A DNA stretch of 64,000 nt from Lingula anatina (taxonomy: Eukaryota; Animalia; Brachiopoda). This document shows positions 52,331-64,000 of this stretch, piece by piece. The notes under the pieces were generated by a model. It saw only the letters and a program-made list of their open reading frames with translations. It did no database searches and was not told the origin of the DNA. The DNA is taken from assembly GCA_051362555.1 (NCBI GenBank), contig CM120644.1, positions 9,804,954 to 9,868,953 on the forward strand. Reading direction: 5' to 3'. Positions within the stretch are counted from its first letter, which is position 1; each line of letters starts with the position of its first letter. The translations under genes and the position numbers were made by a program.

Positions 52331-53565
52331 AATCATGTTGAGTGGGTTATCGGTAAAATAAAAAAAATCATTTTATGAATAAAGTATTTCTAAATTGTAC
52401 AAGATGTGGGTCATATGTTTTTTGATGAATGCACAAAAGCCTTTTTGTCTGATTAGGTGTTAAAAATTATCGCATGTAGACTGAAAGTTGTCAGTGTGCT
52501 GTCCAGAGAGAGGCAGTGACTGAGTAACCTAGGATATCTGAAGCTCAAATAACAAAAATAAATGTTAATATTTTATTAAATTTATTGTTACAATTAAACT
52601 GTTCCATCACAGGTGCCTTCAATTACAGTACCCATGCAAAACATATTTGTTAGGAAAGATTTCATGGAATGTTTTAACTTACAAAGCACTATTACAATTT
52701 CTAGCATATACTTTTTATGATACGACACCAAGTTACTACAAAACGCACTTCACTGTTGTGTAAATTACGTGTATGTATGGTATGTATGTATGCATAATAA
52801 TAACCCAATCAAATATATGACAAATACATGTAGTACAGATAAGTTAAGTAACAAAGTATGGAAATGTCTTTTTCTCTCTTAAAAATGTTGCATAGTATGA
52901 AATTCATCTACATGGAAAACACATCTCTGTCTATTTATATTACTGAAAATGATTAAAAAAAACATGAAAACAGTAAAACATCAAATAATTTGCAGTATTT
53001 CTACAGTTTTGTTTTGGTTTGATGGATTTTGTTTTTAAAGTTTGACAGAATTTTCACACTTGTCAGATCAAATGACGTTTTTTACCTGTCTTAAAGTCTG
53101 AATACGTACTTAGTGTAAGACATGGTAAACTGTGTAATTATTATCTAGGAAGGTGATGAAATAACCTGTCTCACCTACTTAACACATAGCATTAGAAGGT
53201 GTTAACTACAGAGGAAAAATCATAGTCATGACTCTTGATAACCTTACCAAACAACTGAAGTAACAATGGTAAGCACCAGAGGGCTACAATGACCCCTGTG
53301 GCGCACTGTTCTTGTCATGCGCACTTTTCATTTCCGTGAAAGAAGAAAAAGGCCTTAACTTTCATGATGACAAATTATATATGCATCAGTATGAATTTCT
53401 GTTTCTTTTTTTTCCATAAGATGAAACTTCATTTTTAGGGTATTATACAGGGTCATATACATGCAGCCAAGCTGTCGGTATTAATTAACAAAAAGAACTG
53501 AAATGTATTATGACTTTTTGGTCTTCCTAAATTCCCGATAAATTTGCCCAATAGCCCACTAATAC

Positions 53566-55350
53566 AACTAGAGGATCAGAGAGGCGATACCGCCTCTGGA
53601 TATTGTACCACCAGCTGGAGTAAGCGCATTCGTATGGACCCCCCCCCCCCAAAAAAAAAAAAAAAAAAAAAAAAATGGACACCACCACCAGTCTTGTGCT
53701 TGACAAGCTCTATAAAATGCAATAAACAAGAGTTCTCAAAATATGAAAAAAAAAAATCAAAAAAACATAACAGTTAAAATGGTCCAATCAAGGAGATGTC
53801 CTAATTAACCTGTATTTTCCTAACACTGATCACTCCTGTGATTTTCTAGACAAAAGGCCTATTGGTTTTCCTTGAAATGCATTATCAGTAATGCATATAC
53901 CGGAATGCTGACAAAAGAGAAAACCTAGGGACAACACTAGGCAGATCTCTGCTAGTTTTGAAGATATGAAGGGCAAGAAAATATGCAGAGTTCAGTTTGA
54001 GGTAAAAAGTAGGTCATAGGTCAATTTCAAGGTCACAGTATATGACTTCCTATAAAAGTTTAATAGTAGCTATGGGCATTTCTTTGCCAATGTTGGAGAT
54101 ATGAAGGCCAGGAAACATGCAAAGTGCAGTTCATCATAAATAATAGGTCAAAGGTCAATTTCAAGGTCACAGTAAGATTGCCAGTATATGACTTCCTATT
54201 CAAGTTCAATAGTAACTTTGGACCTATCTCTGCCAGTTTTCGAGATATAAGGGATAGAAAATTTGCAAAGTTCAGTTCATGTTGAAAAGTAGGTCAAAGG
54301 TCAATTTCAAGGTCACAATAAGAATGCCAGTATATGACTTCCTATTCAAGTTCAACAGTAACTATGGGTGTATCTCTGCCAGTTTTGGAGATATAAGGGC
54401 TAGAAAATTTGCAAAGTTCAGTTCATGGTGAAAAGTAGGTCAAAGGTCAATTTAAAGGTCACAGTTAGATTACTTGTATATAACTTCCTATTCAAGTTCA
54501 ATAGTAACTATGGGCGTATCTCTGCCAGTTTTGGAATGTTTAACATTTTCCCCACTGAATATTGTGATGTTGTAATTTCTGATATAGCGCAATGCCTAAA
54601 CCATATCGAAAACAAAAAAATGGACACCACCTCCAGTATTGCACTTGACAAGTTCTACAAAGTGTGATGAACAAAAGGTCTCTGGCATTTACCATTCCAG
54701 AATTAAGGCAAGTTTTCAGTTTCGGTATCTAATGGCTGCTTCTCCCGTGGAAATGCACCGATTGACCCCAAACTCCCAAAGATGAAAGGAGTCCCCAATT
54801 GTAACCCCTCACTGTAACAGGAGAGCTTAGATCTGTGTAGTTTCCAAAAAATAGCACAAACAAATATTTTTTTGCAGAAAATTCCCATTTTTAGAAAATT
54901 TTGGCTTGTTTGACCTTGAAAAAAAGGTCAAAAGTCATATCAAAGGGCATATTTGGAATCTCCACATATGACTTTCGGTCAGACTTCTGTAGTAATTTTT
55001 CCCATAATTCCTTTGGTTTGGGAGATATTTAGCCTTGAATTTTCAAAAATTTTGACAAGGGTGCGTTTCAACAAGTGTCACGCCCAGGCCAATGCACCGA
55101 CAGAGACAAAAAAACCAGGGTGTTCAAGTTGAGATTATATGTGACCTAAATCCAAGAGATGGGGACACAGGTCCTGGCGGTCTAGGAGGAGAAGCGGTAA
55201 CGGTGACTTGTTTCCGGCGCCCGACTGCGGAGCCGCAGGAGCCGGCGGAGCCGCAGGAGCCGGCGGAGCCGCAGGAGCCGGCGGAGCTGTACGAGACGGG
55301 TCGGGACTAAAACCATGAGTACCGCCAGCGTATACGCTGGTGGTACTAAT
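53566..55350 (+). mobile_element. Pearl/HINE-like element carrying a 146-bp satellite, an 18-bp minisatellite and a 3' hairpin
   Basis: Starts aactagagg with hairpin agaggcgataccgcctct; 146-bp tandem units; (GGAGCCGCAGGAGCCGGC)n at about 55229-55287; terminal palindrome AGTACCGCCAGCG-TATA-CGCTGGTGGTACT at 55318-55347. Confidence 0.75.
53945..54535. repeat. Tandem array of about four 146-bp units
   Basis: atctctgccagtttt recurs at about 53945, 54080, 54226, 54372 and 54518; units contain aggtcaaaggtca. Confidence 0.9.
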
Positions 55351-58300
55351 AACAGATAAAAATGCTAGTTTATCATTTTTTTCCTTGTTTTAAAACAAAT
55401 TCAGTACCAGTTCAATATATTACTGTAAAATATTTCATCAAAATGGATTTTGACAATTTTCTTCCAACACTCATAAATTATTGACATCTATCATATGCCA
55501 ACAATGCCTTTTCTGAGATTAATAAAATGTAACGTTGTACCTTAAAGCTTTTAAATATTTTACCAATGTTTAGTACGCATTATATTCAGTGCCTTTGTGC
55601 ATTCCAACAAGCCTTTTATGCCAAGACAGGCGGTTCCATGCATGCACTAGATTTTACATTACAAAGTTGCTATTTTTCCATTAAAAATTGGTGTAGTTAC
55701 TTTGAAGACCACTCACACAAAGGACAGCTATTTCTATTGATTTTTTTTCATACTTAAATCAGGAATGTATTATACATCCTTGCTTACATGTATACTTATT
55801 ACAGGCCTATTATATAGAATTATCACCTCACCACTAACAATAACAACAGTACACGCAAAACATTCACATCATTCCAAGCACAGGATGCTGTAACTCGAGC
55901 CTACATTTCCACAAATAGTTTTTCTATAATAACAACCTCTCTCTCTCCTGGTGTCACAACAGGTGTACTGCACCTGCGGGATTAATCACGAAAATTGTGA
56001 TCAATCAAAAACCTCATTAATATAGGCACCCACTGTCACATCTTCCATGCGGAGGTTTGTACTTTTGTAAAGCACAAAATGCTAGACATTTCTTGTTCAC
56101 CCAAGGGGTACAAAAAAGTGTAATTTGTAAAACCAATAGTAATAAATTTAAAGGAAAAAAAAAACAGATTCTTAAGATAAAAACAATTGTTTAATAACAG
56201 ATGTATTATTTAGCTCTATATAAAATTATAATTAAGGTCCTTGGGCTTGCATCAAATCAATCCAGATCTGCAACTGCACGATTTTGATTTTTTTTTTTTT
56301 TTTTTTTGTCTATTTTGACGATTCCAAAGTCATTTTAAAACCCAGTAAACATCATCATCATCATCATTATTATTATTATTAAATAAGCAATATATGGACC
56401 TTTTACATGGAGAATTAATAACCAGACAGCCTACTATGATCAGTTTCCCAATATAACCCATCACAGAGTGCCATCTGATTCTGTTTAAGCTAAGCTCTTA
56501 GCGTTGGCAGCAAATCTCCCCCCCCCCCCTTTCACCCTGATACTGGGGTTATTAAGGTGAGCCAATAATTTGGGCTGCTTGACTGGTTTCCCTGTAGTGA
56601 GCTAATCACAATCGCGCAGCTTGCTGAGGCAGATTATATCAGTATTATGTGTACACAGTGAACCATGTACTCAGTACTGTAAGTGCAACCTATATATCTT
56701 GTACGGAAACACGGTTTCCGGTAGAAGGATTGTTTTTCTTTTCCCAATTAGCCAAAACTTTTTACAAAATCAATTATATGGCTTAAAAATACACCCCCAG
56801 CTTTAAAAAATATCACAACTTAGGAGTAAACAGCTAGACAACACGACAAGCACCTTATACAGTGTGCATGACATATGATTTTTTTACTTTAATTTCTTTT
56901 TGATATTTTTAAAAATCAAACAAAATAAATTGATTTAGTTTCCACAAAACAATGATTTTCGTTAGTTATACTTTAAAATATTGATTCAAAAGTATAAAAG
57001 AATTATTTGGCTTCCTGAGAGAGTACATTTTTAGGAATAGACAGATAAATCTTGAAAAACTGATAATCTTATATAAAGAGGTAAATTAAAATTTTAAGGA
57101 AATACCATCATACTTTATATAATATCATTTTTAAGTCAGACACATATGATAAAAGAATAAAGAGTCTTGGGCTAAAGTAGCTTCAGTTAACAAGTTATTC
57201 TTTAATGCTACGTCAGTCACATCCCTGATACGTTTTTATGACAGAATGTGTATGAACTTATTTAATAATTCTTTTATTATTATTATCTGTAAGTATGGAC
57301 TAAAAAGACAGCATTTTTTTTTTTTTTAGAAAATGGTAAGTTTAAAAGGGCACCAACTTCACATTGTCTCTGGAGTTAATAAACATCACATTTTAGAGCT
57401 TATGACAAGTAATAACGATTTTAAAAGACATACCTTTATTTGAACATCTGAGACTCTTTTTGGCTAGTCTGATAAAAGACAAGGGCATTGACCTTCTGTT
57501 GTAAAGATCAATCATCAACCTACACATTGTTCCAGTTTATTTATAGCTACAATATTATGATCAAAGTAACAACAACCATCTCATTTTCTTTAATAAATAA
57601 TTCACTGTGATACGGTTTATCACTCTAATTGCTACTTTTGTTTGTATTGATGCAAAAGATGTATCCAGTATGTGCAATATGTCCGTGTAACCTGGCCATT
57701 ATTTCTTCAAGCAAGACTTGTGCTAACTAAATGAAATAACCACCTTGTATGTTCAATCTGAGGCAGTTGTATATTCTGAGGGTCTACTATTCCGAAAAGT
57801 TAAGGAGCCTTATTCTGAAATTGACCACTATTCTGAAGGTCTCCTTTTCTGAAAAAGTTTATTGATGCAATAGCTGCATTTAAATGAATTGTATTAGTTG
57901 CATAATTGGAGCACTGGCCTCCTGTGAAAGAAGCACATTTAATTTACTATCTTTGTGCTCTTACTGTATATTTGGCAAAGCGGACACCTAATTGGAATAG
58001 CAGTGTGTTGGAATAGTGGACCTATGGATTATTGAAGTACACCCTGTTCAATCATCCAGTCTCTGAGGACCTATCAAATGACTGATACTTACAGGTCTAA
58101 ATGGTGAGCTCAGCTCAAAGGCAGTGTTCAAATCCACCAATTTTATCCGTGGCAAAACATTGATCTGTCACTCTGTCTCTAAGGTCACGTGACAGTGTCA
58201 TATCTGATATCAGGAATTAATTATAGACAAACAATATTTTTTATTCAATATGGACACGCATATCACCAGCACAGCTGACAGACAAAAATGGAAATATAAC

Positions 58301-61300
58301 GACATTATTATGAACACATGAGCAAAATAATTTAACATTCTTTATCTTTTTGCATTTCTATGGAAAATATAATTATTTATTTATTTATTTTTTCAAAATG
58401 AAAAGCCAAAAAATGTAATAAACGGAATTAATTAACTTGAACTTCTGTTTCAGATTTATTGTTAAAGGATTCACAGTAATTGGGATACTAATTTAATTAA
58501 TTAAGCATCACAGACAGTAAACAAGTTTAATACTGTACAACATTTTGTATATTTAATAATAATGATGATGTTTTAATGGTGATTCCAGGCAACAGAGCAG
58601 GTGTAAGGCAGAATTAGGCAGAATTAATCGGAAAGCAGCAACACTGAGTCAGCACAAATTGCTGTTTCTGTTCTCATCTGCAGACGATCTGTCACTGCCA
58701 TTCATTCAAAAGAGATGACTCAAGCAAGATGATAAAGAAACCATTCTGGGGAGAGAGAATATATTTTCAGATGGCAGCAAACTACTTAGAGGGGAAATAA
58801 ATCACAGACTTCAATCCAGAAAACAGATGGCGAGATGCAAGAAAGATGGAGATATTCTGAAGACTTAGGTGCAATTTCTGGCTTATGAGGAAAAAGGAAA
58901 AACATTCAGTCTGTGAAGATGAAGTATTAATTAAAATTCAGTCTTGGGAAAAGAGATTTATTCAGGTGGTGGTCAACTATTTAGAACAGAAATAAATCAA
59001 TGAATTCAATCCACAAAACAAGATGCAACTGAGATGGCAAAATCATTCTGAAGATTAATATATTATATCTGGTCCACCAAAAAGGGAAACACACTCGATT
59101 TGTGAAGAAAATACACACTGGTTAAAGTGGTATAACTGATGGAGAAGTAACTAGGAGGAAAGAAAAAGGAGAAAGCATCTGGATAATATAGAAATCTGTG
59201 AGCAGACAAGGAACAAAGATTGCATTGGCTCCAATAAAATGAGACACTGGTTTATGTCATATAAAAAACTGTTGTGGTTTGATTGACAATTCAGAGGATT
59301 TTCACAAGGATTAACCACCCAATTCTAAAAATACAGAAATAAATAAAAACTATTCAGCAGATAGATACTACATTCAGATGATGGTGAAACCATCCAGGCA
59401 ACTCATGAAATCAGTCCACAAAATTAGCAGTGAGTTAGTATGGTCAACTTCCCACAGATCAGATAAAGAACCGAACCCCAGGAATGATTTACAGAAGGAA
59501 CTGGGTATATTGACAATCTGTTCAGAGTAATAGAAAACTCTATCGTGCAGAGGACAATAAAATACATTTTCTAGAGATAAAGAGTATTGAGAATCAGCCT
59601 GGAAAGATAAACAATTTCATTTAGATGAAGCAAACATCTAGGGCAGAGAGAGATATTAGGGCAGAGAGAGAAAATTATTTTGACAGATGACACGTACTGT
59701 CTGTCCCTAGGAGTGGACAGAAAACCATTCTGCAGAGACTGTTACATTAATCAGCAAATATTCTAAAACATTCTGTGGAAGTAATATAACAATTTATTTT
59801 TTATCCTGGAGTAAAAGGAGATTGGAATAGAAAACATGCATAATTGATACACAGACCCCAAAAAATGAAATGATGAAGTAAACATCCATAATTTGCAGAA
59901 ACAGGAACAGTTCGCAAAAATACAATTTCAATTTTTTTGTATGACAAAAAATTGAAACCATTCAAGAGACACTTAACCTATTTCTTTCAAGGGAATTCAT
60001 CTGGTGTGTTAATTATAGAGGAGGAAACAAACATGCCATATGATACAGAAATGAAGGAGATGTAAACATCCACATTCTGAAGGGGGAAAAACATCAGGGA
60101 TTGTAGTTACAGACTGTGATTGATGGCTTGCCACTCCTAAATGGAATCAAAGAGAGAAAAAACCTCAAAACAGACACAGTCCTGTAAATGCTCACAACTG
60201 ACTTAGTGGCGCAGAAAAGATGAAATTGATAAATGCCTGCACTTCTCAGTATGATCATTCAACAAGTTATATCATACAATAATTTTAAGAGCTCTGAAGT
60301 AATCAGCTATATAGAAATAGTGGGAGGAGACTAAGTGCTGCAATTAGTCAGAGCTGAGAGGGCACGCCCTGGAGGATACATATATATATATATGTACGAA
60401 ACCTCAATAAGACCGACATCGTGAACACTTGGCACAACTGCTGTTGTAGTAACGCAGCATATGTGGATGGTTAGGGGTCAAGAACTGCACTTGATTTATG
60501 AAACAAGGAGTCCCTGAGGGTAGGTTTTAATCATGATGCTATGAATATTGAAATAAGGCAGAAATAATACAGATTGGACTGTCAGCCAGAGCTGTAGTAA
60601 CCTTGAGGCAATACGTACTCCACTTGTAGAAAAACTCTAATAACCACATATTTCATCGAGGTTGAAATAACAAAGGTTTGGCATGACTGGAATTGCAGTG
60701 CATGGTGTTTCAGATTAAAACTGGGAGGATACAGAGGATAAGAATTTATTGTAAGTCATCACAACATAAATCTTGCAGCTGAAATACTGTCTGATACAGT
60801 TAACCGTTCATGTGTTTTTTAGTGGAAATAAAAACCCCTACAGTGCATGACACATGACTCAATACCAAAGATTCTGGATACAAGCAAAAAGGCAGCTTTG
60901 AGAGACAACACAGTGTGGTGATTGATCAGGCTGTTAGCCATCTCGGCTGGCGAGAATATTCATACCACAATATCAATATTGGGGAAATACTACAGATATG
61001 CAGGATCTCTTGCAGGAACTAGGTTCAGAGTATCAACAGGGAAATTGTCACATATGCCATAAGAAAGTTGAAGTTGAGAAAGATAACACAGTTGTAATTG
61101 AGATAGTGTGACAACAACTGCTGGACCTCATAATACTTGAATCGTTGCACTTTTATTGGATTCCAGACTCTGACTCTGCCACTGTGCCTTTCTTTATGAC
61201 AAAGTTACGTCTTTATTAGCAGTAACGCTGACCTCCAAGCTGATTACAGTGGATTGATTGCATTTTTAATTCTCGGGGAGATTCTGACATCAGCACAATA

Positions 61301-62286
61301 AATTCATTTCTGGGAGGATTATTTGCAACACTGACTTGACATTTCAGCACTGGATTGATTACAGAGCGGCACTGTGTATGATATTCAGCATTGGTTCTGC
61401 TAGAGCACAGCTAGCTTAGCACAGATATATAATCATTATATAGCCACAGCATAAGCTTAATGCTCAAAGGTAAGCTGTCCCCACCAACTTAGGACTGTGA
61501 GCATCACAGGCAGCCTTTTGTATTTGACTTAAGAACGGATTACACGTGCATCCATGCAGTGAGTGCCCGAAGTCAATCAGGGATTAAAAGTTTAAATGCG
61601 GATATATCTCTGTCACAGGTTGTTTATTTCCACATCATATATATGTTTGTGTATTTACAGTACCCTCCACATGTAACTCTGACTTGGTAAATAAACCACA
61701 GCAAGGACTGTAAACAAGAGCAACTACGTCTCGTCTCGGAATATTGTCTGCTCATCGCAAAACAATACTCTGAGAGTGCTTGTGCTGTGGAGAGCATGAG
61801 GCAGACACAAAGGACTATTTTTACAGACAATTGATTGCTTTCATTAACTGCACGACCTTAAAAATGGTCCGTAAAGGGATATGTTGACAATGTTTTGCAA
61901 AAACGGCTGGTGTTCTCTGGTAAGCTAATGGGTTTTATTTCCTCACAGAAGACGTCATATGCAAATTGTGAATTATAGGACTTCAGAACCAGTTGGCCTT
62001 CATACCAAACAGGGAATTGAGAAAGCTTACAGCATTAAATTTTTACCTTGAGGACTTTTGATGTAATAGTTGATGCATATAACAAGACTTGGAACAGTGA
62101 AACCAGGGACAGCAGCAACACCAGGACTATCAGGTGGTAGTAACAATACCAGTGGTAATAACAGTATCAGTGTTGCCATTTACATTATGGTTTCTCAACT
62201 TTAAAGTTATCATTCAATTAAATTTGGGGAAAAAACATTGAATAACATTACACCAAACAGTAACAACAACAGGAGAAAGACTGACA

Positions 62287-63681
62287 ATGTCACAAATACT
62301 CTCAGATGTCAGAGTAGTGGCAAGCGCCAGCTCATCGTTGGACATAAAATGGACTGTGAACACTCTGAACTCCGTCACAGGCTTCGTTGTCCGTCACCAG
62401 CATGAGGGTAGTCAACGAATCATCAAGAGTACTCTACTGGAGCCCAGTATCTCCAGTTACGTTATTGATGACCTAGATGCGAACACACAGTATCGAGTGT
62501 GTGTGGACGTGTACAGTAAGAACTTTACGAGTCCCAGTGCCGTGTGCATAGATGCCTTAACCTCCAGTTGGCATGTGCCCGTTTCTATTGGTAGCAGCAT
62601 AGGGGCCCTATTAGCTCTCGTAATTATTGTAATTATTGTCATGGTGGCAAGATTCAAAGGGAGCAAACGTACACGGAAGTTCAAAGCAAATGGAGAAGTT
62701 GGGAAGTCCTTCTTCAGTAGCACTGAGACAGAAGCTAGTAGGAATTTTGAAATGAGTGAGATATCTATTCATGCCGATGACGAATGCTCGTTCTATTCAG
62801 AAAACTATGAGGATGACCTTAACCTTGGTGACCCCCGCCTCGATGCGGGTGAGAATGCAAAGCTGAATACATACTACATGCAAGTAAATTCAACGACAGG
62901 AAATGGCGAAGGGGAGACGAGCATTACACCAGTCCGTAACCCAAGGCAAGTCCACTGGAGTTTCAGTGACAGGAAATATTCACAGGAACCAGACTCACAT
63001 TCTGATATAGGTCAAGGTCAAGGTCAGAATTCTTTTGATACAAAAGGATTTTGCATGTCAACAGATGCCGACCTTGGAGTTGAAAAAAAGTCAACTCCAA
63101 ATGGTAAAAGACTGGACCTGCAGAGAGGATGCCCTCTGGTAGCAAATTCACTTAGCTGTGCAGATCAAGGTGAAGGTAAATGTCAAGGTCATCATACATG
63201 TGAACTGTCCCCAGAAGTAAAATGTTGCACGTTAGGCTGTTCACATTCAAATTATACATGCTTAGGCAGTCCAAACAGGAACATGCCTTACAATACTGAA
63301 GTGTGTCGCAGCTCCAACATGTTGAAAGAGCCCAACATACAGAACTCGCCATGTATGTGTTCTCTCACTACGGCAGATGTACACGTGCACAGACCAGGCA
63401 AGGGTGTCACCCTCACACCTAGTCCAATTTTAAAGAAAAATAATAACAATGTTGACTGTGAGATACAAGTCCCAAAACGCTGGACAAAAAGAGAAGCTGT
63501 TAAAGAACACGATCCTTCCGAGGCAAACATGGCTGCTCGTGACTTTGTTGAGCTACCTGAAGGGTGGCCTAATGTTGCCATGGAAACACAATGTAAGGAT
63601 CTTTTTCGGAATATATCTGCACCGGGATGTGTAGAGGCAGCCAGCATTCAGCCTATTTGTACAGTGGAAGATGAAATATGA
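62287..63681 (+). CDS. Single-exon fibronectin type III domain, single-pass membrane protein (464 aa)
   Basis: N-terminal FN3 (SLDIKW...GFVV...SYVIDDLDANTQYRVCV), TM helix SIGALLALVIIVIIVMVA followed by RFKGSKRTRKFK, long low-complexity tail with a Cys-rich segment. In-frame stop upstream at 62239. Confidence 0.88.
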   Translation: MSQILSDVRVVASASSSLDIKWTVNTLNSVTGFVVRHQHEGSQRIIKSTLLEPSISSYVIDDLDANTQYRVCVDVYSKNFTSPSAVCIDALTSSWHVPVSIGSSIGALLALVIIVIIVMVARFKGSKRTRKFKANGEVGKSFFSSTETEASRNFEMSEISIHADDECSFYSENYEDDLNLGDPRLDAGENAKLNTYYMQVNSTTGNGEGETSITPVRNPRQVHWSFSDRKYSQEPDSHSDIGQGQGQNSFDTKGFCMSTDADLGVEKKSTPNGKRLDLQRGCPLVANSLSCADQGEGKCQGHHTCELSPEVKCCTLGCSHSNYTCLGSPNRNMPYNTEVCRSSNMLKEPNIQNSPCMCSLTTADVHVHRPGKGVTLTPSPILKKNNNNVDCEIQVPKRWTKREAVKEHDPSEANMAARDFVELPEGWPNVAMETQCKDLFRNISAPGCVEAASIQPICTVEDEI

Positions 63682-64000
63682 TTTTTAGACAATATTCAAC
63701 ATGGTGTGACTACTGAAATATTCATGTATAATCTGCTGTGACTGCAAGGATTGCTGCTAACCACCAATTATGAATATTGCAAATGCACTTAAGTGATGCT
63801 ACAGCATTATTCTTTGCCAAAAACTAAAGAAAATGAGGACATATTCTGATTATAGATAATTAAACATCTACATATGTACTATCAGCATAGCAAAATTGTG
63901 AACATCAAATTATCGGATGTTTAAAGTTTAAAAGGGAACTTTTCAAAACGGAAAATGGTGGCTTATTCGAAAGCACCAAGAGACCTACAAGAGATATATA

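Noticed and set aside
53945-54535. Regularly spaced repeats as a CRISPR array
   Set aside because: Whole units are repeated with no unique spacers; eukaryotic satellite.
55092-55310. ORF with EPQEPA repeats
   Set aside because: Translation of the 18-bp minisatellite within a non-autonomous element.
61624-61830. Cys-rich ORF with a signal-like start on the minus strand
   Set aside because: Begins at TTG rather than ATG, with no supporting splice or promoter signals; hydrophobicity reflects the strand's T-richness.
62457-63647. Antisense ORFs over the FN3 gene
   Set aside because: Shadows of the real plus-strand ORF.

Overview
AT-rich, intron-containing animal genomic DNA, probably a lophotrochozoan such as a mollusc (inferred from the temptin domain and repeat types). 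Most ORFs in the supplied track are spurious; the real genes had to be assembled by hand from GT-AG exons. From left to right: (1) Two tandem, recently duplicated minus-strand copies of a small secreted-peptide gene. The complete 3-exon copy (5100-6958) encodes an 86-aa precursor: signal peptide, FWSRRRRRRRAAVR, then a very acidic tail. This is the best candidate for an undescribed antimicrobial/host-defence peptide family. (2) Two orphan plus-strand 3' exons at 3025-3304. (3) A 10-exon minus-strand temptin-domain/DBH-like copper monooxygenase with all six copper ligands. (4) An orphan kB+TATA promoter. (5) A plus-strand CAP/SCP gene with a duplicated EGF + ShK-like module. (6) A convergent minus-strand C7orf25/UPF0415 homolog whose first coding exon was not found. 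(7) A single-exon FN3-transmembrane gene on the plus strand, probably nested in that gene's intron. Many non-autonomous DNA transposons are present: Harbinger-like MITEs, a family with 9-bp TSDs, pearl/HINE-like elements with internal satellites, and a fold-back element flanked by a 40-bp duplication.
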